A DNA stretch of 64,000 nucleotides from Hydrolagus colliei (GCA_035084275.1 CM068762.1:4960001-5024000); one strand, 5' to 3'; numbered from the stretch's first letter, positions 22,280 to 34,384 are shown. A program made the numbers and translations. Notes: generated by a model from the letters alone, not told the origin.

Positions 22280-22875
22280 CAGGGGGGGGGGGGGGGGGGG
22301 AGAGAGATTTGGAGGGGGAGAGACAGATTGGGAGAGAGGGAGGGAGGGGTGGGGGAGAGGGGGAAAGATTTGGAGGGAGGGAGGGGTGGAGGAGAGTGAG
22401 AGATTGGGAGGGAGGGAGGGATTGGAAGAGAGAGGGAGGGTGGGGGGGGGAGGGGGAGGGTGGGGGGGAGAGGGAGAGAGAGGGTGGGGGAGAGATTGGG
22501 AGGGAGGGCTCCCCCCCCACCACCCCACTGCCACCCGCTTCTCAACCCCACTACTCCCCCACCCACCCACCCACTCACCTCCCCATTCCCCTCCTCCACA
22601 CTCCCTTTCCCTCCCACCCTCCTTACCCTCTCACTCTCCTCCCCACTCACTATCTCCACTCCCCCCCCTCCTCCCACTGCATTCACCTCCCCCTCGCCCC
22701 CCCCCCTGCCCCCCTCGCCCCCCCTGCCCCCTGCCCCCCTCGCCCCCTGCCCCCCCCTCGCCCCCCCCCTCCCCCTCGCCCCCCCCTCCCCCTCGCCCCC
22801 TGCCCCCCTCGCCCCCTGCCCCCCCTCGCCCCCCCTCGCCCCCCCCTCCCCCTGCCCCCCTCGCCCCGCACTCAC
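22280..22875. repeat. Low-complexity block: G-rich (22280-22505) switching to C-rich (22510-22875)
   Basis: Multiple G3+ runs followed by (cccccctcgccccccctg)-like units. Confidence 0.9.
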
Positions 22876-22933
22876 CCCGCAGCCCTGGCGGGGGGAAGTC
22901 TCTGGAGGGGGTCTGGAGATGACAGACATGTTT

Positions 22934-22984
22934 TGGCCTCTGGTGGCTGAGAACTCTCTCCAACTGCTTGTTCAAAGTGAAAGT
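22934..22984. promoter_or_regulatory. Candidate CTCF motif (22934-22947) and IRF element (22974-22984)
   Basis: TGGCCTCTGGTGGC and AAAGTGAAAGT within a short unique island between two repeat blocks. Confidence 0.35.
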
Positions 22985-23027
22985 TATAAACGTCTGTTAA
23001 TATCCTGTCTGTGGGGCGGCAACCACT

Positions 23028-25900
23028 CCACCCCTCACACACACCCCCACATACACACCACCCTCACACACACCCCCACATACACACCACCCCTCACACA
23101 CACCCCCACATACACACCACCCCTCACACACACACCCACATACACACCACCCCTCACACACACCCCCACATACACACCACCCCTCACACACACCCTCACA
23201 TACACTCCACCCCTCACACACACACACACCCACATACACTCCACCCCTCACACACCCACCCACATACACACCACCCCTCACACACACCCCCACATACACA
23301 CCATCCCTCACACACACCCCCACATACACACCACCCCTCACACACACACCCACATACACACCACCCCTCACACACACCCCCACATACACACCACCCCTCA
23401 CACACACCCCCACATACACACCACCCCTCACACACACCCCCACATACACACCACCCCTCACACACACCCCCACATACACACCACCCCTCACACACACCCC
23501 CACATACACACCACCCCCTCACACACACACACCCTCACATACACACCACCCCTCACACACACCCTCACATACACACCACCTCTCACACACACACACCCTC
23601 ACATACACACCACCCCTCACACACACACACCCTCACATACACACCACCCCTCACACACACCCTCACATACACCACCCTCACACACACACACCCTCACATA
23701 CACACCACCCCTCACACACACCCTCACATACACACCACCCCTCACACACACCCTCACATACACACCACCCCTCACACACACCCCCACATACACACCACCC
23801 CTCACACACACCCCCACATACACCACCCCTCACACACACCCCCACATACACACCACCCCTCACACACACCCCCTCACACACACCCCCACATACACACCAC
23901 CCCTCACACACACCCTCACATACACACCACCCCTCACACACACCCCCACATACACCACCCCTCACACACACCCCCACATACACACCACCCCTCACACACA
24001 CACACCCTCACATACACACCACCCCTCACACACACACCCTCACATACACACCACCCCTCACACACACACACCCTCACATACATACCACCCCTCACACACA
24101 CCCTCACATACACCACCCCTCACACACACCCCTCACATACACCACCCCTCACACACACCCTCACATACACACCACCCCTCACACACACACACCCTCACAT
24201 ACACCACCCCTCACACACACCCTCACATACACACCACCCCTCACACACACCCTCACATACACACCACCCCTCACACACACCCTCACATACACACCACCCC
24301 TCACACACACCCTCACATACACTCCACCCCTCACACACACCCTCACATACACACCACCCCTCACACACACCCTCACATACACTCCACCCCTCACACACAC
24401 CCTCACATACACTCCACCCCTCACACACACCCTCACATACACCACCCCTCACACACACACACCCTCACATACACACCACCCCTCACACACACCCTCACAT
24501 ACACACCACCCCTCACACACCCCCCCACATACACACCACCCCTCACACACACCCCCACATACACACCACCCCTCACACACACCCCCACATACACCACCCC
24601 TCACACACACCCCCACATACACACCACCCCTCACACACACCCCCTCACACACACCCCACATACACACCACCCCTCACACACACCCTCACATACACACCAC
24701 CCCTCACACACCCCCCCACATACACCACCCCTCACACACACACCCACATACACACCACCCCTCACACACACACACCCTCACATACACACCACCCCTCACA
24801 CACACACCCTCACATACACACCACCCCTCACACACACACACCCTCACATACACACCACCCCTCACACACACACACCCTCACATACACACCACCCCTCACA
24901 CACACCCTCACATACACCACCCCTCACACACACCCTCACATACACCACCCCTCACACACACCCTCACATACACACCACCCCTCACACACACACACCCTCA
25001 CATACACCACCCCTCACACACACCCTCACATACACACCACCCCTCACACACACCCTCACATACACACCACCCCTCACACACACCCTCACATACACACCAC
25101 CCCTCACACACACCCTCACATACACTCCACCCCTCACACACACCCTCACATACACACCACCCCTCACACACACCCTCACATACACTCCACCCCTCACACA
25201 CACCCTCACATACACTCCACCCCTCACACACACCCTCAGATACACCACCCCTCACACACACACACCCTCACATACACCACCCCTCACACACACCCTCACA
25301 TACACCACCCCTCACACACACACACACACCCTCACATACACCACCCCTCACACACACACACCCTCACATACACACCACCCCTCACACACACACACCCTCA
25401 CATACACACCACCCCTCACACACACCCTCACATACACCACCCCTCACACACACCCTCACATACACCACCCCTCACACACACCCTCACATACACCACCCCT
25501 CACACACACACCCTCACATNNNNNNNNNNNNNNNNNNNNNNNNNNNNNNNNNNNNNNNNNNNNNNNNNNNNNNNNNNNNNNNNNNNNNNNNNNNNNNNNN
25601 NNNNNNNNNNNNNNNNNNNNNNNNNNNNNNNNNNNNNNNNNNNNNNNNNNNNNNNNNNNNNNNNNNNNNNNACACCCTCACATACACACCACCCCTCACA
25701 CACACACACCCTCACATACACACCACCCCTCACACACACACACCCTCACATACACACCACCCCTCACACACACACACCCTCACATACACACCACCCCTCA
25801 CACACACCCTCACATACACCACCCCTCACACACACACACCCTCACATACACACCACCCCTCACACCCCCCCTCACACACTCCACCCCTCACACACACATA
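23028..25900. repeat. About 2.9-kb CA-rich minisatellite (unit about 26-34 bp, cacatacacaccacccctcacacacaccct)
   Basis: Dozens of tandem units; almost no G on the + strand; contains an N gap. Confidence 0.95.
25520..25671. other. Assembly gap (N run)
   Basis: 152 N inside the minisatellite. Confidence 1.
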
Positions 25901-25964
25901 CACAGCAACACGCCCTCACGCAGCAACACCACCCCTTACACACACACAACAGGAATACACTGAA

Positions 25965-26400
25965 GGGGGTGGGGGTGTGTGTTGCTGTGTGTGGGGGTGT
26001 GTGTCCCTGGCTGGTGTGTGAGGGTCTGTGTGAGGGTGTGTGTCCCTGGCTGGTGTGTGTGAGGGTCTGTGTGAGGGTGAGTGTGTCCCTGGCTGCTCAC
26101 TCACTGTCTCTGGCTGGTGTGGAGGCTGCTCACAGGCCGGGTGCGCCACCCAGGGCAGCGCCTGGTACTGAGTGTGTGACATTGTGTGTGTGTGACTGTG
26201 TGTATGTGACATTGTGTGTGTGTGACTGTGTATGTGACATTGTGTGACTGGCATTCTGTGTGTGTGTGACATTGTGTGACTGTGTGTGTGTGTGTGACTA
26301 TGTGTGTGTGTGTGTGGCATTGTGTGTGTGACATTGTGTGTGTGACATTGTGTGTGTGTGTGACTGTGTGTGTGTGTGAGACTGTGTGTAAGTCAGTGTG
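25965..26400. repeat. TG-rich simple repeats (gtgtgacatt / gtgtccctggct units)
   Basis: Direct inspection. Confidence 0.85.
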
Positions 26401-26444
26401 TGTGAGTACATTATTATTAGTACCTCACAGGCTCAGTCTCATGA

Positions 26445-26670
26445 GCTTCAAATAACAATCCCTGCATTTGACATAGCGCGTTTCATGTCTTACTGCCGTC
26501 CCAAAGCGCTTCACAGAATACACTGTAAAGTGAATGCACTGTATATTATTGGGGGAAACGCGGCAGCCAATTGTGCACACAGCGTCCCCACAAACAGTCG
26601 TGGATTCAAATGACCCAATTTATAAAACATTTTTTAGGGATTATTATCAGGCGTGTGGCGTAAGGAATTT
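26445..26670 (-). mobile_element. Deu SINE 3' portion
   Basis: Body and tail. Confidence 0.8.
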
Positions 26671-26779
26671 CGTATTGTTCGTGTTTCTTCGTGAAACAAC
26701 GGGTCGGAGAGCTGAGCCCTCAGGGTTTGCGGCCTCGGCTGCCTTTGCGGAAGGGGAAGGGAATGCGATTCTCTCTGGG

Positions 26780-27170
26780 AGGACGAACAGAGAAATCTAC
26801 CTGACCACAAGCTGTTGTGGGATGGAGCGGAGGTCTGGGAATTCCCGGTCTATTCACACTGGAAAAGGGGAGGTTGAGGGGACGATATGATTGCGGTCTT
26901 CAGGGTTCTGAAGCGAGCGCATAATGTCGAGCGCGATCGGCCGTTTTGTCTTTCACTGGACAGCAGGACCAGGGCATGCGGCCTGCGATTGAAGTGGGGG
27001 GGGGTGGGGGGGGGGGGCTAAATTTGCAACCAATCTATGGCCTCACCACTTCAGCGAGCGGGCAGACAACTTGTGGAACTTCAGGCTTCCCAAAGAGACG
27101 GTGGAAGCAGAAATGTCGTCTGTTGCAAGTTAGACAGATTTCTGCCAGAAAATAATTTCTGGTGATACAG
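26780..27170 (+). mobile_element. Old CR1 ORF2 C-terminal fragment
   Basis: Frameshifted FTLEKGRL..DMIAVFRVLK and ..LWN..LPKETVEA remnants. Confidence 0.6.
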
Positions 27171-27711
27171 TATATAGTTTATATATGATACAGTATATAG
27201 TCAAGCGACTGCCAGAATGGTGGGAGTGAACTAAGCGCTTTGAGACGTTGATAATACGTGGAAAGCGCTATGTAAATGTAAGGATTATTATTATTATAAA
27301 TAAACGGACCTCGGTCTTCTTTCGCCTGCGAATTCTCATGCTCTCATGTTATGTGCACACAGTCCCGGCTGTGTCTAAAGGACCAGGTTATGAAAGCAAG
27401 TCATGTTAAATGTACACAAACCTTGGCGAGACCACACTTGGTGATAGTGCGGAACTCACCGTCTGAAATTGTGGCTGAATGGGGGAAAAAAATCAATGTA
27501 TTTAAGAGGAAATATAGCGCCTTGTCACGTCTCAAGTCGCTTCGCAGGATATACTGCGAGGCAAATTGGCTTACATTTTATAGGCAATAAACGTCAGCCA
27601 ATCGCGCACAGCGATGTCCCACTAACAGTTGAGTGACCAGATGCTGATTATTATTGTCTTCACATTACAGACATGAGTTTTCATCAAAGCGGGAGAGATA
27701 TATGGGGTCGG

Positions 27712-28165
27712 TGAGGGAGAGAGGGAGGGAGGGGAGCTGGTGGGGGGTGGGTGAGGGAGAGAGGGAGGGAGGGGAGCTGGTGGGGGGTGGGTGAGGGAGA
27801 GAGGGAGGGAGGGGAGCTGGTGGGGGGGTGAGGGAGAGAGGGAGGGAGGGGAGCTGGTGGGGGGTGGGTGAGGGAGAGAGGGAGGGAGGGGAGCTGGTGG
27901 GGGGTGGGTGAGGGAGAGAGGGAGGGAGGGGAGCTGGTGGGGGGTGGGTGGGGGAGAGAGGGAGGGAGGGGAGCTGGTGGGGGGTGGGTGGGGGAGAGAG
28001 GGAGGGAGCAAGGGGAGCTTGCGGTGGGTGGGTGAGGGAGAGAGGGAGGGAGGGAGGGGAGCTGGTGGAGGGTGCGTGAGGGAGAGAGGGAGGGAGCAAG
28101 GGGAGCTTGCGGTGGGTGGGTGAGGGAGAGAGGGAGGGAGGGAGGGGAGCTTGCGGTGGGTGGGT
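27712..28165. repeat. About 40-bp G-rich minisatellite (gggagagagggagggaggggagctggtgggggggtgggtga)
   Basis: About 11 tandem units. Confidence 0.92.
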
Positions 28166-28332
28166 AGGAAGACTCGGGAAAAACCCTGACTTCCAAGCGC
28201 CATCATTGAGCGAGCGGTTCCTTATACCAGCCAAAGCCTCACCGATGGTGAATTACATTAGCCCTGACGCTTAAACTCTCCTGTAGGTGGTGCTGTGGTG
28301 ACGCAGGCTCCCTCCCTCGCATTCTACACGAA

Positions 28333-28643
28333 GAATAATAATAATACTCCTTACATTTGATATAGCACTTTCCATGTCTTCTAGACGTCTCAAAGCTCTC
28401 CACAGAATGTTCTGTAAAGTGAATTGACCGTATATTTATGGGTGGAACGCGTCAGCCAATTGCGCACGTCCCACAAACAGTTGTGGATTGAGTGACCAAA
28501 TTCAGATTGTTTTTTGAGGGATTATGTTTTTTGAGGGATTATCGTCAAGCGTGTAGAGAAAGGAAACTTTCGCCCTGATCTGCTGGGAATCAAACCTGGG
28601 CCTCTCGCGTGTGTGGCAAGTGCTCTAACCACTGAGCTACCAG
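28333..28643 (-). mobile_element. Full-length Deu SINE
   Basis: Head, body and tail. Confidence 0.85.
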
Positions 28644-28870
28644 AAGAACAAGAGATTTCTTGAGATTTCCCCTTCGGCGACAAACTATTTCAATAAACGG
28701 AAAATGCTAAAGATATGGAGTCACAAGGGAGGTGGGAAGTGACTGTAGGCACCATCAAAAACAAAGGTCTTTTTACTAATCACCCAAAGAATGAGCCATT
28801 GCCTGCACACAGTGAGACCCACGGGCTGCCAGGCTGATCGTTAACCGATCACACCGCACCCTACACTCAC

Positions 28871-29040
28871 CGTGGACTCTGGAATCAACCGTAGCTGTTT
28901 TGCAACTTGAACTTGTTTGTTTCTGCCTTGTGTGCTTGGCTGTGCCTAGAGCTTGGAGCCTATCGCACGCAGACGCTGTGGTCACTTCAGCCGTTACATG
29001 GGAAATCCCCTGGAACGTCCCTGCCGGGAAGGCCCCACCC
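28871..29040 (-). promoter_or_regulatory. Candidate NF-kB-site promoter and first exon of an unidentified - strand transcript
   Basis: GGGAAATCCCC at 29000-29010, CACCC/GC box at about 29030-29040, strong donor ACG|GTGAGT at 28871/28870. Confidence 0.35.
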
Positions 29041-29129
29041 GTTTACCTGAACTGCAATTGAACCTGAGTACCAAGATCAGTGTTCTGGCTGGACTCAGTT
29101 GTTGCAATCAGCAGCTGGCGAGTCAGTCA

Positions 29130-30345
29130 GGCCAGTTTCACTCGACCAAATCTAACCTCCAGGACTGCACTCGTCAATCTTTCGCTTGATTTCCACATGT
29201 GTGCGGATGACACACAACTCTATCTCTCTGCCTCCACCCTCGGACGCCAAGACCACTCATGTCCTGACAGAATATGTGTCAGACATCAAGTCCTGGGTGA
29301 GAGCTAACTTTCTACAGGGGTGGGGGGCACTCGATATTCCGAAGGTTCGATAGTCCGAACACACAAATTTCCTATACCCGGTGCGGTTACCGTGGTTACC
29401 GCTCGATAGTGCAAAAATAAGGTTCGTTAATCCTGACATTTGGTGCGATAGTCTGAAGGTTCATTAGTCCAAACGTTAGGGTTAGAGTTAGGGTTAGGGT
29501 TAGAGTTAGAGGAAGCTTCGGACTAATGAACCTTTGGACTATCGGGCGGTAACCTTCTACGGTTGAGCGTCAACAAGGCTGAGGCCCTCCAGATTGGCTC
29601 TCGTCAGCACCTCGGGCGCTGACAGCATCACGCCACCTCACTAAGCCAGTCCAGAACTTTGGTGTTTTGTTTGACCCTCAGCTATGCTTTATACCCCACA
29701 TCTGTGGCATATCCCGCTCTGCCTTCCCCCACCTCTGCAACATTGCCCGGTTCCACCAATGTCTCACACCACAGGCTGCCGAGACCCTCAAACATGCATT
29801 CATAACATCCAGACACGGCTAGAAAAATTCCCTGCTTGTCGGCCTCTCCAACATTTTCCACCATCAGCTGCAGATCATGAAGACCTCTGCAGCCTCCTGC
29901 ACCAAGCTCCACAACCTTTTCACCTTCATCCTAGCCCATCTCCACTGGCTTCCCATCACATTCCTCACCTTCAAAACCCTCCATAGCCTCGCTCCCTTGT
30001 ACCTCTGAGACCTTCTAACCCCCGACCAACCTGCCTGCTCCCTCCGCTCAGCGGGCTCCGGCCTGCTTCACGACCTCCGCCTCACCCATCCCACCATTAG
30101 TGGGCGGGCTTTCTGCCATTCTGCTCCCATCCTTTGGAACTCCATCCCACAGTCCTTCCATCTGGCCCCCTCCCTTGCCTCCCTCTGCTTGAGCCCTGCC
30201 TTCGGGTCACCCACAGTTCCTCCCACTCTCCACCCTCCCTGATCCCAACCCCCAGCTTGGGGCCGAAACACTAAGTGTCCAGAGCCTTGGGACGTCCTCC
30301 CAATGTGAAACGCACCGTACAATGTCATTTTGTTGTTGTTGTTGT
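29130..30345 (+). mobile_element. L2 3' fragment interrupted by a TIR element
   Basis: DFHMCADDTQLYLS RT motif, SDIKSWVRANF, tail stem-loop and (GTT)n at about 30285-30345. Confidence 0.82.
29318..29554. mobile_element. Unclassified TIR element containing a (TTAGGG/TTAGAG)6 array
   Basis: Near-TSD TTCTACAG / TTCTACGG; imperfect 35-bp TIRs; telomere-like hexamers at 29476-29511. Confidence 0.65.
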
Positions 30346-30844
30346 TGTCGATGTCAGATAAGAGGGATTTTCTGTGGGGGAGTCATTGTTTATTCTTCTT
30401 ATGTACTGTAGCTGCTGTCTGTCCTGGAGGCCGGGGTCAGATTCATGGGAAAGCTAGGACTCAGGTCAAAGACCTATGTGTTTTTTTGTTGTTGCAAATA
30501 TTGTCCTTTATCTTGTGGTGTGTTTCTGTGTGTGTGTGTGTGTGAAAGAGAGAGAGAGAGAAAGAGAGATTTTGCTGGGCACAATGTAGCTGCTGAACTT
30601 CCCATGAAAACAGACCCCACACTAACGATAACAATCGTTGCGTTTGATATCCTACCTTAGTGGGCCGTTGAAAGCACATCACCGAAATTACAGTCAAGTG
30701 CAGCCACTATAGGCTCACCGTGGCAGCCAGCTTGCACACAGCGATGTCCCGCAAACAGCCATGAAGTGAAATGTCACACTCTACTAGATACACTTTGCTT
30801 TTTTAATAAAGAGTTATAAAAATGCGAATTGCCACAGTCTGGGG

Positions 30845-31240
30845 GTGAGGCTCCAGTGAGTTGCTGGGGGAGCTCAGCATTGTCAGAGGAGTCGTCAGTA
30901 GATGAGATGTTTAGCTGAAGTTCCCATCTACAATTGTAATTTGGTTGTTGTATAATAATAATAATAATAATAATAACTGTGGCTGTTCAGGTAGACATTA
31001 AAGATTCAATGTCACCATCCAAAAAAAAAGGAATGGAGTTTCCTTCACCCAGTGTCCTGGCCAACAATTCCCACCCCACCCACCAATAAAATTGGTCACT
31101 CAGTCTACAGCTGTTTTGGGGTCATCACTGAGTACAGATAGCTACCACGTGTTGCCAACAAACGCACTTTAAAGTATATCATGTGAATCACTTTGGGACG
31201 TCTTGACCATGTGAAACGCGCTACGTCAAATGCAAAGGGT
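30845..31240 (+). mobile_element. Long-form Deu SINE
   Basis: Deu core and L2-type tail. Confidence 0.7.
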
Positions 31241-31587
31241 TACTTATTAGAAGTGCACTAATCGCGCTTGAACTCTGCCCGTTCTGAGGGGTTCCTCTCA
31301 GCTCAGTAGAAAGTCCAGTGCTCTGCTGCGCTGTGCTGTACACGCTGACAATAGTTGTTCTGTCTTTTGGAGCTGACTTGAGTCACATTCCTTTTGAACT
31401 CTGCCTCTTCCCGTCTCTCTGTGGTACAACTGGTAGAGCCAGTTCCCTGATTGTGGTGGAATTTCCTTCATTACTGTAAGCTGATTTAACTGTTCAGGTG
31501 CCGCAGTCCACCTCGTCACAGCCCGAGACACGGTTTGGCCCTTATATTTTACAGTATATTCTGTGAAGCGCTTTGAGACGTCTAGAC

Positions 31588-31865
31588 CTTTTTCAGTAAT
31601 GTACCCCTTGTTAATGTTCAACATTATCGTGTACCCCCACTCAACCACATACACACACACACCCCTCATTCCATTTGCATTTTATGACCAAGCTTTTCTT
31701 ATATAACAAAATAACTAGCGCATAGAAAACGAGGGGATTAAACAATTAAATACGCAATTTGGAAGGCTATAAAACGCTAAATGAGAGAGCGAAATAAATC
31801 AATGTACTCCCTGGAAGTAATTTTGTACCCCCTGGGGGATATGTACCCCTGGTTGATAACCGCTG
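31588..31865 (-). mobile_element. hAT-Charlie-like MITE inserted in a SINE tail
   Basis: Flanks GTCTAGAC / GTCTAGAA (the Charlie target consensus is NTCTAGAN); one intact end CAGCGGTTATCAACCAGGGGTAC; the other end is truncated. Confidence 0.68.
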
Positions 31866-32454
31866 GTCTAGAAGATGTGAAAAGCGCTGTATCAAATGCA
31901 AGGATTATTATTATTATTTAAGACGGCGCATAATTGTGGAAAAATCTTTAATTTTCAGGTTTAATTTGAAGCCAGTTTCTTTTTTAAGATACAACAATAT
32001 GGCTTGTATTTATGCTGCCCCTTTTATTGTAGGGGTTTCAGAGGTGGTATCAAAGTTATACTTTGAGACATGCCTTGAAGGAGGGGCGGAGGAGATTTTA
32101 ACCATTGTGTCCCTGTTCTCTAGAATTATGTCCTCCGATTCCCTCTCTCTTTTTCTCTCTCTCTCTCCCTTCCCGTTTCCAAGGAACATCTCAAAATGGA
32201 ACTCTTTGACCTCGCTTTCACTCATCTTGTTCATATATTTCCATCCCTGCAAACAATCTGGAGGTTTATAATAAAGTTGCTGTTATTTCTTTCTATCCAA
32301 AGACTCTGTCTCTGTATTCTCCTCTCTGTTTCTCCATTACCCTTCCTCTCTATCTCTGTCAGAGACCCCTGCCTCTTTTCCTCTCTCCTAAAGATTCTAA
32401 AAACAAGAAGTTGCCAGTCTGGTCCTGGGGCATTTCTAATAATAATATTAAGGA

Positions 32455-32810
32455 TAATAATCAAAATCCTTGCATTTGTTATAGTGCCTTATCACATCTT
32501 TGAGATGTCTCAAAGTGCTTCACAGAATATAGTGTAAAGTGAATTGACTAGATTTTGAGAGAAATGCGGTAGCCACTTGTGCACGGCAGCATCCCACTAA
32601 CAATTACGAATTGAGTGAACAAATTATTATTATTATTATTATCTTTGGAGGGATTAATATCCTGGGAAAGCAATCTGCCAATCTATTAACAACCGAGTTC
32701 CTATTTACTAATACAGTAGTAAGGGAACTTGTCTAACATTTTGCCCTGCTGGGAACCAAACCCAAGTCCTCTAACTTGAGAGGTGAGTGCTCTAACGACT
32801 AAACTACAGG
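32455..32810 (-). mobile_element. Deu SINE
   Basis: Head remnant, body and tail. Confidence 0.75.
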
Positions 32811-32919
32811 ACTTGAACATCTGTGCTTTATCACTGCCTGACGTTTCCCCATTTGACTTTCAACCTGTTGAATGTTTCTGTATAAACTTTTAAATCCAGT
32901 TTTTATGGAAGCACTTTGC

Positions 32920-33200
32920 CTATTATATATAGCACTTTTCATGTCTTCTAGACGTCTCAAAGCGCTACACAGAATATACTGTAAAGTGAATTGACTGTAT
33001 ATTTGTGGGAGAGACACGGCAGCCAATTGTGCACAGCAGTGTCCCACAAACAGTCGTGGATTGAATGACCATAATTTAATACTGTTTTTTTTCTTGAGGG
33101 ATTATTATTAGGCATGTGGAGTTAGGAAACTTACCCAAAGTTTCACCCTGTTGGGAATCGATCCCGCTTATGACGTGAGTGCTCTAACCACTGAGCCACT
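32920..33200 (-). mobile_element. Full-length Deu SINE
   Basis: Head, body and tail. Confidence 0.85.
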
Positions 33201-33350
33201 GAACAGGACAAGATCCCGTTTGTCTCTACGTTAAAGATCCTGTGGCATTGTTTGAAAAGAGAAGGGAATTTCTCACAGTGTCTTGGCCAACAATCCCCCA
33301 AATAAAACTGGTTTCTCGCTCTATGGCTATTTGTGGGACACTTCTGCGTG

Positions 33351-33430
33351 CAAATTGGTTGTAGGTGAAGTTTCTTCACTTTGTGATTGTCACATCACAA
33401 AGTGAAGAAACTGCACCTATAGCCAATTTG
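33351..33430. ncRNA. 80-nt pre-miRNA-like hairpin (function unknown)
   Basis: 37-bp stem with 1 mismatch and 2 G-U pairs on the + strand; 6-nt loop. Confidence 0.25.
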
Positions 33431-34384
33431 GATAATTTGGAGTTACTGATGTCATCTCAACTGTGAGGATTATTATTCCTTTTTAGCAAGGAATGTGAGG
33501 GGTCAGTAAACTAAAGGAGCTGGAGGAGATAAAACACACGGGACACTCTATACCTGCCAGTCATCAGTATTGTGACATGAACCACAATATGATAAAGGAT
33601 CTCGCGGACTTGTGCAACGAACAAATTGTCTAACTGGCGGGCGTTCATCACATTTTCTACTCTGTTTCCCAACATCACGAGGGAACACTCCCTGAACTGT
33701 AAAGTATGACATCTTTACAGCACTTACAATCATCAACCTGACATCCTTTCATGTCAGGATGATATGGCAAAGCACTTCGCACGGTTTCTGCTGTAAAAAG
33801 TAATGACTACGTATCTTGTAAAGCAAGCGCGGCAGCCAATTTACACACAGCAGCGTCCCTCGAGTGGGCAGGTTGAGTGCAGTGGCTGTTTGGGGCTGGA
33901 ATGTGGAAACAGTTTTGCAGAGTAATATCCACAGGCAGCCGAGAGGTAAACGACCAATTAGTCGTTGGATTTGTTGACCTCAAAACCAGGGAAAGTCCCT
34001 TTTCTTTTTGAACAGCGTTGCGAGATCTTTACCATTCACCAGAAGTAAAAGGTAGACGTGACACCTCCGTGTTAGTGTCTGACCTGAACACCGGCTCCTC
34101 AGACGGCTCACCCCCAGCACAGCGCTGGAGCCACAACCCGGTCTGTCAGATGGTAATAATGAACTAAATGCACTCTGATCTCAGAGATAACCCAGGGTTC
34201 AAATACTGGACATTGTCCTGACTCCTCATCAAACCACTCCAATTGTGGTTCAAGATAGTGAGTGCCACCACTCCCTGGCTCCCCACCCCCACCCCCACCC
34301 CCACTCGGCTCAGAGTCAGGCTCCACCACAGTTAAGCGCTCCGAGACACTACCTGGCATGGAAGTTACTATATAAATGTAAGTT

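Noticed and set aside
22261-22950. Gly/Pro-rich ORFs on both strands (also 27622-28234)
   Set aside because: Translations of low-complexity G/C tracts and a 40-bp minisatellite.
26105-26167. 63-nt - strand exon candidate (YQALPWVAHPACEQPPHQPET)
   Set aside because: Its splice signals derive from the surrounding TG/CA repeats and the peptide is not recognisable; unsupported without RNA data.
22460-26247. 1167-aa and 1078-aa His/Thr/Pro-rich ORFs
   Set aside because: They run through a G-free CA minisatellite that cannot form stop codons and across an N gap; no domain or splice logic.
23028-28165. Repeat arrays as CRISPR
   Set aside because: Units are contiguous with no unique spacers, there are no cas genes, and the context is vertebrate.
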